Positions 46,991 through 56,468 of a stretch of DNA of 59,450 nucleotides are shown one piece after another; the first letter of the stretch is position 1; each line of letters begins with the position of its first letter. Where the stretch lies: positions 1-59,450 of the forward strand of contig CAZNYQ010000004.1 in NCBI GenBank assembly GCA_964577395.1, given 5' to 3'. A model generated the notes under the pieces. It ran no database searches. It was given only the letters and a program-made list of their open reading frames with translations, and was not told where the DNA came from. The position numbers were made by a program, and so were the translations under genes. The stretch comes from an uncultured Candidatus Saccharibacteria bacterium. Its GTDB lineage: Bacteria; Patescibacteriota; Minisyncoccia; JBAYJV01.

Positions 46991-48061
46991 ATGAATGAAA
47001 TATTTTTAGCTGTTTTAATTATTGTTGGATTAGTAGCTTTCGGGCTAATAACTTTTTATTTAACAAAAAAATATTTCAGCCAAACTTCTCATCAAAATAT
47101 TGAAAAATTAAGCGACCGCATGTTTTCTCAACTAAATGAAATAACGCGCCAAGTTAATGATAGATTAAGAGAAAACACAGCTTCTCTGCAACAGCAAAGG
47201 CAAGATTTAAATTCTCGCTTAGATAATACTCAAAAAATAGTTAATTCAGTCACTAATAAATTAGCTACCTTAGAAGAATCTTCCAAAAGAATCTTTGAAG
47301 TTGGTAAGGATATTACGTCTCTTCAAGATATTCTAAAAGCTCCTAAATTAAGAGGCGGTTTAGGCGAATATGTCTTAGCAGATATCTTAAAACAAATCTT
47401 ACCTCAAGATAATTATGCTCTCCAATACGAGTTTAGAAATCATGAAAAAGTAGATGCAATCATTAAGCTTAAAAATATGCTTATCCCAATTGATGCAAAG
47501 TTTCCACTTGAGAATTTTGAAAAAATTATTAAAACAACTAATGAAAAAATTCAAAAAAAAGCGCATAAACAATTTTTGCGAGATGTCAAAAAACATATTG
47601 AGGCAATTTCAAATAAATATATCCGTCCTGATGAGGGAACATCAGATTTTGCTTTAATGTATGTCCCAGCAGAAAATATTTACTATGAAATCATTTTAAA
47701 AGAAAAAGGCGATAAAAACATTACTAATTTCGCCCTTGCCCGTAAGGTAATTCCTGTTTCTCCTAATAGCTTCTATGCTTATCTGCAAGCTATTTTAATC
47801 GGCTTAAAAGGACTTCAAATTGAAAAAGGAGCTCAAGGAATTTTAGCTAATTTAGGTAAATTAAAGCTTGATTTTAATCAATTTGGAGAAGACTTTGGAG
47901 TTTTAGGAAAACATTTATCATACGCTAATAATGTTTATGAAAAATCTCAAAAAAAATTAGAGAAGTTTAGTGATAAATTAGAAGAAATAGAATCCCCTGC
48001 TCCTCCAAAAATATTAAGTAATAAAAAAAGAGCCTCTCAAGAAAAGAAAAATATTAATTAA
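46991..48061 (+). CDS. rmuC: DNA recombination protein RmuC
   Basis: N-terminal TM, coiled coil, RGGLGE, PIDAKFP, FALMYVPAE. Confidence 0.94.
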   Translation: MNEIFLAVLIIVGLVAFGLITFYLTKKYFSQTSHQNIEKLSDRMFSQLNEITRQVNDRLRENTASLQQQRQDLNSRLDNTQKIVNSVTNKLATLEESSKRIFEVGKDITSLQDILKAPKLRGGLGEYVLADILKQILPQDNYALQYEFRNHEKVDAIIKLKNMLIPIDAKFPLENFEKIIKTTNEKIQKKAHKQFLRDVKKHIEAISNKYIRPDEGTSDFALMYVPAENIYYEIILKEKGDKNITNFALARKVIPVSPNSFYAYLQAILIGLKGLQIEKGAQGILANLGKLKLDFNQFGEDFGVLGKHLSYANNVYEKSQKKLEKFSDKLEEIESPAPPKILSNKKRASQEKKNIN

Positions 48062-48069
48062 AAAATATT

Positions 48070-48591
48070 TTAATCAATTCCTTGAAGCTGTATATAGTTA
48101 TCATGAGCATAGAGAATCTTGCTTTTGATTTTTTGAGGATTAGAAACTGTTTTGAAAAGAAAATTACGAGTTGAGCCAGCTGTTTCAACATGAACATTAC
48201 CAAAATTAAAAAAAGTTTGTATTATTCCGCTAATATCAACAGATACATCTTGAACTCTATCAAGCTTAAATTCAGAAATTTCCCTTTTAAAAAGCCCTTT
48301 TTGTTCAATATCAATAATCCTTTCACTTGTTATAATCCAAGCATCCAGCCAATAATCTGAGAATCTTACAAAAAGAGCTAGCCAAAGACCTTGAAAAAAC
48401 AAGATAGCCAACCAAAAAAGAATTTTATTGCCATAACTAGCAAAAAAATCAGGTACAAGGTTTTTTAAAGCAATGCCAGCTCCTAAAAGAAAGATTCCTA
48501 TAAAAGATAACACAAAAACATCACGCAATAAGACAAGCCAATGGCGACGATAGACTGCTAAAACATTTTCATTGTAATTAAGTCTTAACAT
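48070..48591 (-). CDS. PH-domain (bPH_2-like) membrane protein
   Basis: YRRHW, two TM, WIITSERII, RVQDV, FGNVHVETAG. Confidence 0.82.
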   Translation of the reverse strand: MLRLNYNENVLAVYRRHWLVLLRDVFVLSFIGIFLLGAGIALKNLVPDFFASYGNKILFWLAILFFQGLWLALFVRFSDYWLDAWIITSERIIDIEQKGLFKREISEFKLDRVQDVSVDISGIIQTFFNFGNVHVETAGSTRNFLFKTVSNPQKIKSKILYAHDNYIQLQGID

Positions 48592-48594
48592 AGT

Positions 48595-48846
48595 TTAGCG
48601 AAGAAAAGAGTGAGATTGAAAACTTTCTGAAATATTTTGTGAAATTTCTTTCCAAGGAATCCAAGCAAAAGAAACAATATTTAAAATAAAAAAGACAAGC
48701 GAGACTGTTAAAAAGATAGTCATCGCTTTTTTTGTAAACTTACCACTTAAGTTATAGTGCTTAAAATGATAAACAACTGCTACCGTAACAGCAAAATAAA
48801 TAACAAGAATAATAATTAAGAAAAGTAAAGCTAAATAACCAATCAT
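48595..48846 (-). CDS. Small two-TM hypothetical protein
   Basis: Two hydrophobic helices; tight operon spacing. Confidence 0.7.
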   Translation of the reverse strand: MIGYLALLFLIIILVIYFAVTVAVVYHFKHYNLSGKFTKKAMTIFLTVSLVFFILNIVSFAWIPWKEISQNISESFQSHSFLR

Positions 48847-48905
48847 TTTAAAAATATTTTAAAACTAATATATTTATTATATATCAATAATTAAGAAAAG
48901 AAAAA

Positions 48906-50150
48906 TTATTCATGCCTAATAGCTTCAATGGGATCTAAGCGAGCTGCCTTACGAGCTGGATAAATTCCAAAAAGCACACCAACTAAAATAGAAATAAAAA
49001 AGGCAATAAAAAAACCGCCGATGGGAAAGCTTAAAGGCCATTCTAATCCTACTGTCTGAGCACCTACTTTTACTATTAAAGTTAAAGAGAAGGCTAAAAA
49101 AATACCTAATAATCCCCCAAAACTTGTTAATAAAGTAGATTCAACTAAAAATTGTCTTAAAATGTCATTATCATTTGCTCCAATAGCTTTGCGAAGGCCT
49201 ACCTCGCGAATTCTCTCTGATAAAGATACTAGCATAATATTCATAATGCCAATACCACCAACTAATAAAGAAATGCTAGCTAAAAAAATTAAGAGAAAGT
49301 TTAGGGCTTCAGTAACATCTTGGGCAATTTCCAAAGCTTCGTCAAGTGACATAATTAAAAAATCATCTTTGGTAGGATCATTAATGCGATGACGTCTTCT
49401 TAAGAGAGCTTCAAGCCGAGAAACTGCTAATTCCATATTTGTGCCTGGTTTAACTTGTATTATGCCTTCATTAATATAATCAATCCCTAAAAGAAGTTTT
49501 TGGCCTGTTGTAACAGGCAACATTACCATGGTATCTAAATTAAAGCCTGAAACCTGACCTCTTGAAGCTAAAACACCAATAACTTTAAAGCTATGATCTT
49601 GTATCTTAACTTTTTTCCCAAGAGCTTCTTGGTCACCAAAAAGATTTTCCTTAATTTCACTACCTAAAACTAAGACTTTTGCAACACCTTTTTGCTCACT
49701 ATAATTAAAAAATCTGCCTTTTTTAAGTTTGCTTTGTTGATCAATATCAATATATTGATAGCCAGAAGCAAAAAGAAAAGCGCTTGTTTCTTCGCCTTGA
49801 TAAGTTGCCCAAGCTTGTCCAGATGCAAAACCAGCTTGACCAGTTACAAAACTAAAATCTTCAGCAGCTTCTAAATCTGCTGTTTTAAGAGTTGTCACTT
49901 TAACGCCTTGTACCATAGAAGCAGCTGTACCAAATGTTCCCTTACCAGGAATTTTAGTTGTTATATCAATAATATCTGTCCCAAAAGAAGTTACTTGAGA
50001 TAAAACAAAACTTTTAACTCCCTTACCGAAAGTAATAATCAAGCTAACCGATAAAATGCCAATAATAATCCCCAAGGACGACAAAACTGTCCTCATTTTA
50101 TGACGCTTGAAATTGGATAAAGCTATATGAATGGCTGCACGAAGTGACAT
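48906..50150 (-). CDS. MacB/FtsX-like ABC transporter permease
   Basis: RTVLSSLGIIIG, VGGIGIMNIM, ERIREVGLRKAIGA, YPARKAA.LDPIEA. Confidence 0.94.
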   Translation of the reverse strand: MSLRAAIHIALSNFKRHKMRTVLSSLGIIIGILSVSLIITFGKGVKSFVLSQVTSFGTDIIDITTKIPGKGTFGTAASMVQGVKVTTLKTADLEAAEDFSFVTGQAGFASGQAWATYQGEETSAFLFASGYQYIDIDQQSKLKKGRFFNYSEQKGVAKVLVLGSEIKENLFGDQEALGKKVKIQDHSFKVIGVLASRGQVSGFNLDTMVMLPVTTGQKLLLGIDYINEGIIQVKPGTNMELAVSRLEALLRRRHRINDPTKDDFLIMSLDEALEIAQDVTEALNFLLIFLASISLLVGGIGIMNIMLVSLSERIREVGLRKAIGANDNDILRQFLVESTLLTSFGGLLGIFLAFSLTLIVKVGAQTVGLEWPLSFPIGGFFIAFFISILVGVLFGIYPARKAARLDPIEAIRHE

Positions 50151-50157
50151 TTTTTTA

Positions 50158-51396
50158 TTATTCGTATCTTAAGGCTTCAATAGGATCTAAGTGAGCTGCC
50201 TTACGAGCTGGGTAGAGTCCAAAAATCATTCCTATCATCATAGCAACCCCAGCTGCTAAAATAATTTGAGAAAAAGAAATGATAAAATACCATTCAAGAT
50301 TAGTAAATAAACGAATGGCATAGGAAATACCCCATCCTAATAAAAGACCACTTGCTACTCCTATTAAGCCAGCTAATAAAGCAATAAGAGTACTTTCTGC
50401 TAAAAATTGGATTAAAATATTATTATCTGTTGCTCCTAAGGCTTTGCGAAGACCTACCTCACGAATTCTCTCCGATAAAGACACTAACATAATATTCATA
50501 ATTCCGATACCGCCCACTATAAGAGAAATAGCTACAACTAAAATTAAAAAAGACTGAATCGCCCCTGTAACTTGTTTTAAAATAGATAAAAGTTGTGCCA
50601 TTGTCCTAACACTAAAATCATCTTTATCAGGATCGGTAATACGGTGACGAAAACGGAGTAAAGTTTCTATTTCTTTTTCAACTAATTTTTCATTAGCACC
50701 GCTTTGCATACGAGCTCGAATAAAAGCAACATGATTAATCCCAACAAGACTTTTTTGAGCTGTTGTCACAGGAACAAAAACTTGGCTATCAAAGTTACCA
50801 AATAAATACGAACCTCTCTTTTTAAAAAGACCAATTACTTCAAAATTAACATTTTTAATTCTAATTCTTTTACCAAGAGGATTTGCACCATTAAATAACT
50901 CTTGTGCTACTTCATGGCCTAAAACGGCTACTTTAGCATAGCGATTAATCTGATTTTGAGAAAAAAAATAGCCCTGTTCAAGACTTGTATCCTCTACGTT
51001 AATATAGTCAGCTGAAACACCGGCAATATCAAAATTTTGGCTCTGATTGCTGAATGTTACTGGATAATTACCCGAAACATATGAACTAACTGCTTCAATG
51101 TAGGGAAGTTTTCTAATAGCTTGGGCATCTTCATTTGTTAGAGTGGTAATATTAACTCCCATCAGAGCAATCGGAGGCCCTTCTTCTTCTGATTTGCCGG
51201 GTAAAATACCAATTAAATTAGTGCCTACTTTAGTAACTTGCGAAATAATTAACTGCTGTGCTCCCGTTCCAATAGCAGTTACTAAAATGACCGAGGCAAT
51301 GCCGATAATAATACCTAGCATTGTTAAAAAAGAACGTGTTTTGTTGGCAAAAATATCCTTAAGAGAACTTTTTAAAATTGTAACTAAAAGATTCAT
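50158..51396 (-). CDS. MacB/FtsX-like ABC transporter permease (paralog)
   Basis: RSFLTMLGIIIG, VGGIGIMNIM, ERIREVGLRKALGA. Confidence 0.94.
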   Translation of the reverse strand: MNLLVTILKSSLKDIFANKTRSFLTMLGIIIGIASVILVTAIGTGAQQLIISQVTKVGTNLIGILPGKSEEEGPPIALMGVNITTLTNEDAQAIRKLPYIEAVSSYVSGNYPVTFSNQSQNFDIAGVSADYINVEDTSLEQGYFFSQNQINRYAKVAVLGHEVAQELFNGANPLGKRIRIKNVNFEVIGLFKKRGSYLFGNFDSQVFVPVTTAQKSLVGINHVAFIRARMQSGANEKLVEKEIETLLRFRHRITDPDKDDFSVRTMAQLLSILKQVTGAIQSFLILVVAISLIVGGIGIMNIMLVSLSERIREVGLRKALGATDNNILIQFLAESTLIALLAGLIGVASGLLLGWGISYAIRLFTNLEWYFIISFSQIILAAGVAMMIGMIFGLYPARKAAHLDPIEALRYE

Positions 51397-51401
51397 ACAA
51401 T

Positions 51402-52073
51402 TTAAATATTTTCTTCAATAATGCCTTTTTTTAAATGAAGGCGACGTTGAGCATGATGAGCAATATCCTTAGAATGAGTAACTAAAATAATAGTATTGCC
51501 TTCTTTATTTAAACTGTTAAAAATCTTCATCACTGGTTCTGTGTGCTTATATCCTAAATTACCTGTTGGCTCATCAGCTAGAATGAGGGTTGGTTGGTTA
51601 ATCAAAGCTCTTGCAATAGCAACGCGTTGCGATTCTCCGCCTGATAATTGACTAGGATGATTCTTAAGACGGTGCGATAAACCGACTTTGTCAATTAATT
51701 CATGAGCTCTTTCTAAGGCTTCTGAACGTGTTATTTCTTTATTATATATTGTTGGTAAAAGTACGTTTTCTAAAACTGATGTTCGTGGTAAGAGATTGTA
51801 TCTTTGAAAAACAAAACCAATTTTATTATTTCTTAAATTAGCTAATTCATCTTTTGAAAGTTGACTAGTTGCCTTTTTTTCAATTGAATATTCTCCTTTA
51901 GTTGGTTGATCAAGTAATCCTATAATATTTAAAAGGGTTGATTTACCTGAGCCTGAGGCTCCTTCAATGGCAACATACTCACCATCTTTAATACAAAAAT
52001 TAACTCCTTTAAGAACGGGAGTTACAACTGAATCTGTGTGATATTCTTTAAAAATTCCTTGCGCTTCAATCAT
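51402..52073 (-). CDS. ABC transporter ATP-binding protein
   Basis: GASGSGKST, LSGGESQR, LADEPTG, VTH. Confidence 0.96.
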   Translation of the reverse strand: MIEAQGIFKEYHTDSVVTPVLKGVNFCIKDGEYVAIEGASGSGKSTLLNIIGLLDQPTKGEYSIEKKATSQLSKDELANLRNNKIGFVFQRYNLLPRTSVLENVLLPTIYNKEITRSEALERAHELIDKVGLSHRLKNHPSQLSGGESQRVAIARALINQPTLILADEPTGNLGYKHTEPVMKIFNSLNKEGNTIILVTHSKDIAHHAQRRLHLKKGIIEENI

Positions 52074-52076
52074 TAA

Positions 52077-53768
52077 TTAATCTTCTATAAAAGTAATAAC
52101 TTGTTCATTTTCTTGAAGGCCTTTTTTAATTTCTACCCTTGTTTCTCCTTCAAGTCCTAGAGAAACTTCTCTTTTTTCAATTTTGTTATTTGCTTTCATA
52201 ACTCGAACATAATTCTTATCTTCTTCTTGTTTAATAGCTACATAAGGAACCGTTAAAACACCTTTTGCTTGTCCTGTAATAATATCTAAATTAGCTGTTA
52301 GGCCTGATTTTAATTTTTGAGGATAACTATCAAGCAAAACCTCAATTCTATAATATATAACACCTTCTTTGACAATTTCTGCAGGATAAATTTTAGAAAC
52401 TTTAGCTAAATATTGTTCTCCTGGGTAAGCATCAAAATCAACTTCAATCTTATCTTTAATTTTAATTTTGCCTATGTCAACTTCAGAAACGTCCGCTTCT
52501 ATTTTAAAATTATCATTAGGCATCATTGTAACAGCTACTTGACCTGGTTTAGCTGTTTCTCCCTCTTCTAATTCTACTTTCGTAATAGTACCTGCCAAGG
52601 GAGCCTTTAAGGTCATTCTCTTAAGTAACATTCTTGCTTGAGCAACATCAGCAGAGAATGAACTAGCTTGAGCTTGATTAAGGGCAAGTTCTTTCTGGGT
52701 CTGGTCTATGGTGGCTTCTGTTTGAGAAATAGTTTCTTCTCTTTGAGCTTCAACATATTCTAAATTACTTTGAGCAGCATCAACAGAAGCTTGAGCACTA
52801 TCTAATTGTGATTGAGCTGTGTTAAGGCTAGAAGTATTAGTAATTTTTTGAGATTCAATTGCCTGTTCGGCGGTAATCAAATCATTTATAGCAGCTTCGA
52901 CGTTAGTCTTCTGAGTATCAATAGCTGTTCTGTCAGTATCGCTCACGGTTGATTTATATGGAGGAGTCTCAAAACCTTCTTGACGAATATAGCTTAAAGT
53001 TTCCTTAATAAGTCCTAAAGAATCTCTTAAAGAAATTAAAGCTGTTAAAGTTTTCTCGGGGTCTTCTGTTAATTGAGCTTCGGTGATAAGAGTATTTGTA
53101 TTATTAAGATCTGTATAAGCTATATCACGCTTACTTTTAATTTTAGCTCCTATTTGATTTACGCTAGAAAAATAGCTATTTCTAATATTATCAATCTTTA
53201 AAAGAGCTTCATCGCCCACTAAAAAATTAGAAGCTAAATCACTGCGAGCATCTTCATAAGATTCTTTAAGATCGTTATGAGTCTCTCTCTGGACATCTTC
53301 CAAATTCTGTTTCTTAGCAGTTAAATTAGTTTCAGCTGTTATTAAGTCGCTCTCTGCTTTTTGAATGCTTTGTTGAGTGCGTGCCTTAACTTTTTCAAGA
53401 TTTTTTATTGCATTAGTTAACTGAATTTCTGAAAGGTTAATTTGATATTGAGCTTTAGTTAAATTAGCTTGGGCTTTTTGAAGATTAATGCTTTCTTCTT
53501 CATTATCCAAATAAATTAAAGGGGTTTCTGCTTCAACCACATCTCCAACTTCAACCACAACTTCTTCTATCTTGCCTTGCCTATCAACCTCTAAATCAAT
53601 CCTTTTTAAAGGAATTAAGCTACCAGTAACACTAATCTTTTCCGTAATATCTTCTTTAACTACTTCAGCTAAGGATATTTCAGGTTCTTGCTTATTAAAA
53701 ACTTGAAAAAGAATTAAAACCAAAAAGATAAAAACAATACTGCTTATAATAATAACTTTTTTCTTCAT
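52077..53768 (-). CDS. MacA/HlyD-like membrane fusion protein with a long coiled coil
   Basis: N-terminal TM, LKAPLAGTI, ADVSEVDIG, LKSGLTA. Confidence 0.9.
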   Translation of the reverse strand: MKKKVIIISSIVFIFLVLILFQVFNKQEPEISLAEVVKEDITEKISVTGSLIPLKRIDLEVDRQGKIEEVVVEVGDVVEAETPLIYLDNEEESINLQKAQANLTKAQYQINLSEIQLTNAIKNLEKVKARTQQSIQKAESDLITAETNLTAKKQNLEDVQRETHNDLKESYEDARSDLASNFLVGDEALLKIDNIRNSYFSSVNQIGAKIKSKRDIAYTDLNNTNTLITEAQLTEDPEKTLTALISLRDSLGLIKETLSYIRQEGFETPPYKSTVSDTDRTAIDTQKTNVEAAINDLITAEQAIESQKITNTSSLNTAQSQLDSAQASVDAAQSNLEYVEAQREETISQTEATIDQTQKELALNQAQASSFSADVAQARMLLKRMTLKAPLAGTITKVELEEGETAKPGQVAVTMMPNDNFKIEADVSEVDIGKIKIKDKIEVDFDAYPGEQYLAKVSKIYPAEIVKEGVIYYRIEVLLDSYPQKLKSGLTANLDIITGQAKGVLTVPYVAIKQEEDKNYVRVMKANNKIEKREVSLGLEGETRVEIKKGLQENEQVITFIED

Positions 53769-53880
53769 AAAATAAATTTAATTATAAAATTTAAAATAAA
53801 GTTTTTTTAATTATACTAAAAATCACGAAAAATAAAAGGATTATAAGCATAAAATCTACATTATTAAGTAATTTTTAATA

Positions 53881-53911
53881 AAAAATCCTCAAGTCTCTAG
53901 ACCTGAGGATT
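53881..53911 (-). terminator. Terminator at the left edge of the accessory island
   Basis: AATCCTCA/TGAGGATT with a T tract on the minus strand. Confidence 0.68.
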
Positions 53912-53920
53912 CTCTTGTGC

Positions 53921-54262
53921 CTATTGCCAATCAAACTCCTCGGCAAAACGGTCTTTTATAATACCTGTAATGTGAGGAAGACTATGTTCTTCTTCTTTCT
54001 TTCTTCTCTCTCTTACCAATTGAGCGGGACTCATAGAGAGAATTCTTTCATTGTTAAACTCATCTTCAAAATTCTCTAAACCAAAGTGTTTTAAAATATC
54101 TATGCAGTCTTGTCTAATAAAATGTATATCATACCATAGAGTGCCATCTTTTTCACGAAGAAGTATCCAGCCTGAAGAGGAAATCCATTCTGCAGCTTGA
54201 GGCATCCCCTGTTCATCATACCTAAGCTTAATAGGATAATACTGCACTCCAACTTTAGACAT
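53921..54262 (-). CDS. Hypothetical protein (ORF track start 54298; SD favours ATG 54262)
   Basis: AAAGGAG SD before MSKVGVQY; directly downstream of the HD gene. Confidence 0.7.
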   Translation of the reverse strand: MSKVGVQYYPIKLRYDEQGMPQAAEWISSSGWILLREKDGTLWYDIHFIRQDCIDILKHFGLENFEDEFNNERILSMSPAQLVRERRKKEEEHSLPHITGIIKDRFAEEFDWQ

Positions 54263-54278
54263 CTTAACATCTCCTTTT

Positions 54279-54713
54279 TTAAAATATTTTTCTCTCAAGG
54301 TACTGCAAGGCTTTTATATAGAGACCTTTTCTTCCTGACAGCTTCTTGCATTCTTCGTTATTACTCCTAGCAATGTTTCTTAAATTATCTTTAATATCTG
54401 CAATTTTAACTTGAGTAGCCAACTGATTACAAGAAAGACGTCCTATATATCGCTCATATCTTTCGTTATCCTTACGAGTCAATGAATCAACAGCATTTGC
54501 TATAACATAACCAAATGAATTTTTAATATCATTAAATGTAACATCCGTATCTTCTATTATGTCGTGGAGAAGAGCTATCGTCTGAAGGTCATCATCTTGA
54601 AATTCACTAGCCACTCTAATAGGATGAAGAATATAGGGCTCTCCATTACAACAAAGTTGCCGTTGTTCATGTTTTTCTATAGCCAAAACCAATGCCATGG
54701 TTTTTCTATTCAC
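54279..54713 (-). CDS. HD-domain protein of the RelA/SpoT small alarmone hydrolase (Mesh1-like) type
   Basis: H..Q...NGEPYILHPIRVA, ALLHDIIEDT, LT, VKIADIKDNL; TTGACA-17-TATTTT promoter and AAAGGAGGT SD. Confidence 0.85.
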   Translation of the reverse strand: MNRKTMALVLAIEKHEQRQLCCNGEPYILHPIRVASEFQDDDLQTIALLHDIIEDTDVTFNDIKNSFGYVIANAVDSLTRKDNERYERYIGRLSCNQLATQVKIADIKDNLRNIARSNNEECKKLSGRKGLYIKALQYLERKIF

Positions 54714-54843
54714 TTTGACCTCCTTTATGTATTAAGCCTTATTTAAAAAATAGCAAATATATACCTATATGTCAATACTAATATTAAATTAGTGGACACT
54801 TAAAGAACGCTAATTTAAAAACTAATCTTATAGAAAAAGCAGC

Positions 54844-54873
54844 GAAGGAAGCAATAATCTTATTACTTCCTTC
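54844..54873 (-). terminator. Terminator of the 54885..55313 gene
   Basis: GAAGGAAG...CTTCCTTC hairpin followed by GCTGCTTTTTCT on the minus strand. Confidence 0.6.
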
Positions 54874-54884
54874 TTAATATTAAT

Positions 54885-55313
54885 TTATCCTAAAATATAG
54901 CGACTTATACGTGAAAGAGGTATAACATCCGTTTTCCTAACATATATCTTATTCTCTCCGCTGTTTTCAAGAGTAAGGTATTCTTCCTCCTCGGGATTCC
55001 AGCTCCATTTTTTTAGACAGTTCTTAGCAACTTCAGGTATTGTTATACTATCAAGCAATCCCACTTGGGAAATTATCGCCCCTCTGACAAGGCGACCATT
55101 ATCAAGGTACTTTATAACAGCGTTAAATCTGCGTTTGCTAGGACTCAATTTAACATAAGGTAAACTAACCAGTTCTTGTTTTAAACTTAGACAAATTTCT
55201 TTACCTGGTATTTGTTTCCCTTCAGCAATAAAGGCAATTTCACAATCATGTTTCAATAAATTATTCTCACTAATAGGTATACCGTGGACATCAACTCCTA
55301 TTAAGTTCTCCAT
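54885..55313 (-). CDS. Hypothetical protein, paralog of 56469..56906
   Basis: AAAGGAGG SD; collinear shared motifs HD.EI..IAEG, GKE, D.GRL, SQ.GLL, W.WN, YVR..DV.PLSR. Confidence 0.8.
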   Translation of the reverse strand: MENLIGVDVHGIPISENNLLKHDCEIAFIAEGKQIPGKEICLSLKQELVSLPYVKLSPSKRRFNAVIKYLDNGRLVRGAIISQVGLLDSITIPEVAKNCLKKWSWNPEEEEYLTLENSGENKIYVRKTDVIPLSRISRYILG

Positions 55314-55733
55314 GCCTTTCCTCCTTTAGTAAATTTTCATCTTTTATTCTATATTATTAGTTATTGTTTATCAAATACTATATAATCCACAACTAAAAAT
55401 TTACATGAGAAAAATTATTAATGAAAGCTGAAAAATAATTTTTTATGCTAAGAAAATGTCCAAGTTCTTGCTTAAACATTGATCTATATAACACAATTCA
55501 TTAACAGGCTAGGATATATACTTAACGCTAACTTGTTTTCTTCTTTAGTAAATTATAGAATATTCTTTCTTTTTAGGCTAATACATGATCTTTCATCTTT
55601 CCTCCTTTTAGTCTTAATATTTGATACTTCTTAAAATAAAGACTTAAATTAATTAAGAACTAATACTTTTTGACTAAGTCTTTATTCTAATCATTAGAGA
55701 ATAAAGCTGTTAAATCTTATTTCTTTCTTTAAT

Positions 55734-55765
55734 AAAAAAATAGCCCACAAGTTTATTGTGGGCTA
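55734..55765 (-). terminator. Terminator downstream of the ArsR-like gene
   Basis: TAGCCCACAA/TTGTGGGCTA with a T tract on the minus strand. Confidence 0.72.
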
Positions 55766-55851
55766 TGCTCTTATTCTTTTCTTATTGTTTGTAAGAACCG
55801 TTATTTTGAATATAGATGAAATAAGTATTACTCATACCCTAAGTTGTAAAT

Positions 55852-56175
55852 TTAGGTGCCCTTCAAGAATTCTATTATAGACATTTCAAGAATACTAGAA
55901 GTTTTGTACTGTGCCCGAAAAGTACTGGTTTCATGCGGGTCATCCTGGGGAGCTAAGTCCGTGATTCTACAAACTAAGCCAACCTCGCAAAGTATCTTCA
56001 AATGTTTAGATAGCTTCTCAACGTCCCAGCTATCAAGAAGCTTCAGAAGTTCGCTAAACGACATTGCTTTATCTTGGTTTTCAAGCATAACAGATAAAAT
56101 TTTTCTACGTTCATCGCTATCCAGAGCATTTGCTGCTATACGATAAAAACCACGATTTTTAGTTATCTCGTTCAT
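55852..56175 (-). CDS. ArsR-like winged-HTH transcriptional regulator
   Basis: NALDSDERRKIL..., SFSELL, LSKHLKILCEVGLV; module promoter and AAAGGAGG SD. Confidence 0.8.
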   Translation of the reverse strand: MNEITKNRGFYRIAANALDSDERRKILSVMLENQDKAMSFSELLKLLDSWDVEKLSKHLKILCEVGLVCRITDLAPQDDPHETSTFRAQYKTSSILEMSIIEFLKGT

Positions 56176-56179
56176 TTTT

Positions 56180-56300
56180 CCTCCTTTAGAATTATCTACA
56201 TACTATATTATCTTTCATATTTTGTCAAGTAAGTTTGACCCACCATAAAAGAGGTATAACAAAAACCTCATAAATAGAGGTTTAGGGAAAAGGATGTTAA
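56180..56300 (-). repeat. Terminator-promoter-RBS module, copy A
   Basis: Aligns by eye with 56914-57040 and 59234-59350; TTGACA (56228-23), 17 nt, TAGTAT (56205-56200). Confidence 0.85.
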
Positions 56301-56318
56301 CGGGAGCGGGTTCGAACC
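56292..56318 (-). other. Degenerate copy of the tRNA-His 3' end (att-like remnant)
   Basis: GGTTCGA-acccgc-TCCCGTTAACATCC versus tRNA GGTTCGA-g-TCCCGTTAGCACCC. Confidence 0.7.
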
Positions 56319-56424
56319 TGTTTGATGAGGCTAATTAGAAAAAATTTATTTAGAAATAAAGTGAGGTTCTTAGGTTTTAGGATTGTGAGTAGACGATGAG
56401 TTATTTATATTCTTCATAAATTAT

Positions 56425-56457
56425 AAAAGAAAAACCCGAGTGACTATCGTAACCCGG
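56425..56457 (-). terminator. Terminator of the 56469..56906 gene
   Basis: CCCGGG...CTCGGG followed by TTTTCTTTT on the minus strand. Confidence 0.65.
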
Positions 56458-56468
56458 GCAATAAACCA

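Noticed and set aside
48906-53768. MacAB-like operon with two permeases and no TolC as a novel system
   Set aside because: ABC-MFP operons without an outer-membrane channel are common in monoderm-type bacteria; nothing else unusual seen
55782-55835. 17-codon ORF MSNTYFIYIQNNGSYKQ reminiscent of a GIY-YIG N-terminus
   Set aside because: Too short, no SD, and no continuation in any frame
373-55856. Short ORF-track entries overlapping real genes (for example 373..555, 6328..6516, 8962..9258, 11457..11663, 13431..13658, 16426..16617, 20351..20566, the four inside clpB, 24886..25122, 29927..30175, 30942..31181, 33294..33476, 34351..34645, 36133..36324, 37307..37546, 38565..38828, 41245..41484, 43534..43755, 47399..47657, 49162..49874, 51143..51421, 54564..54746, 55856..56146)
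   Set aside because: They are antisense or alternate-frame shadows of well-supported genes or regulatory DNA, with no SD and no recognisable motifs
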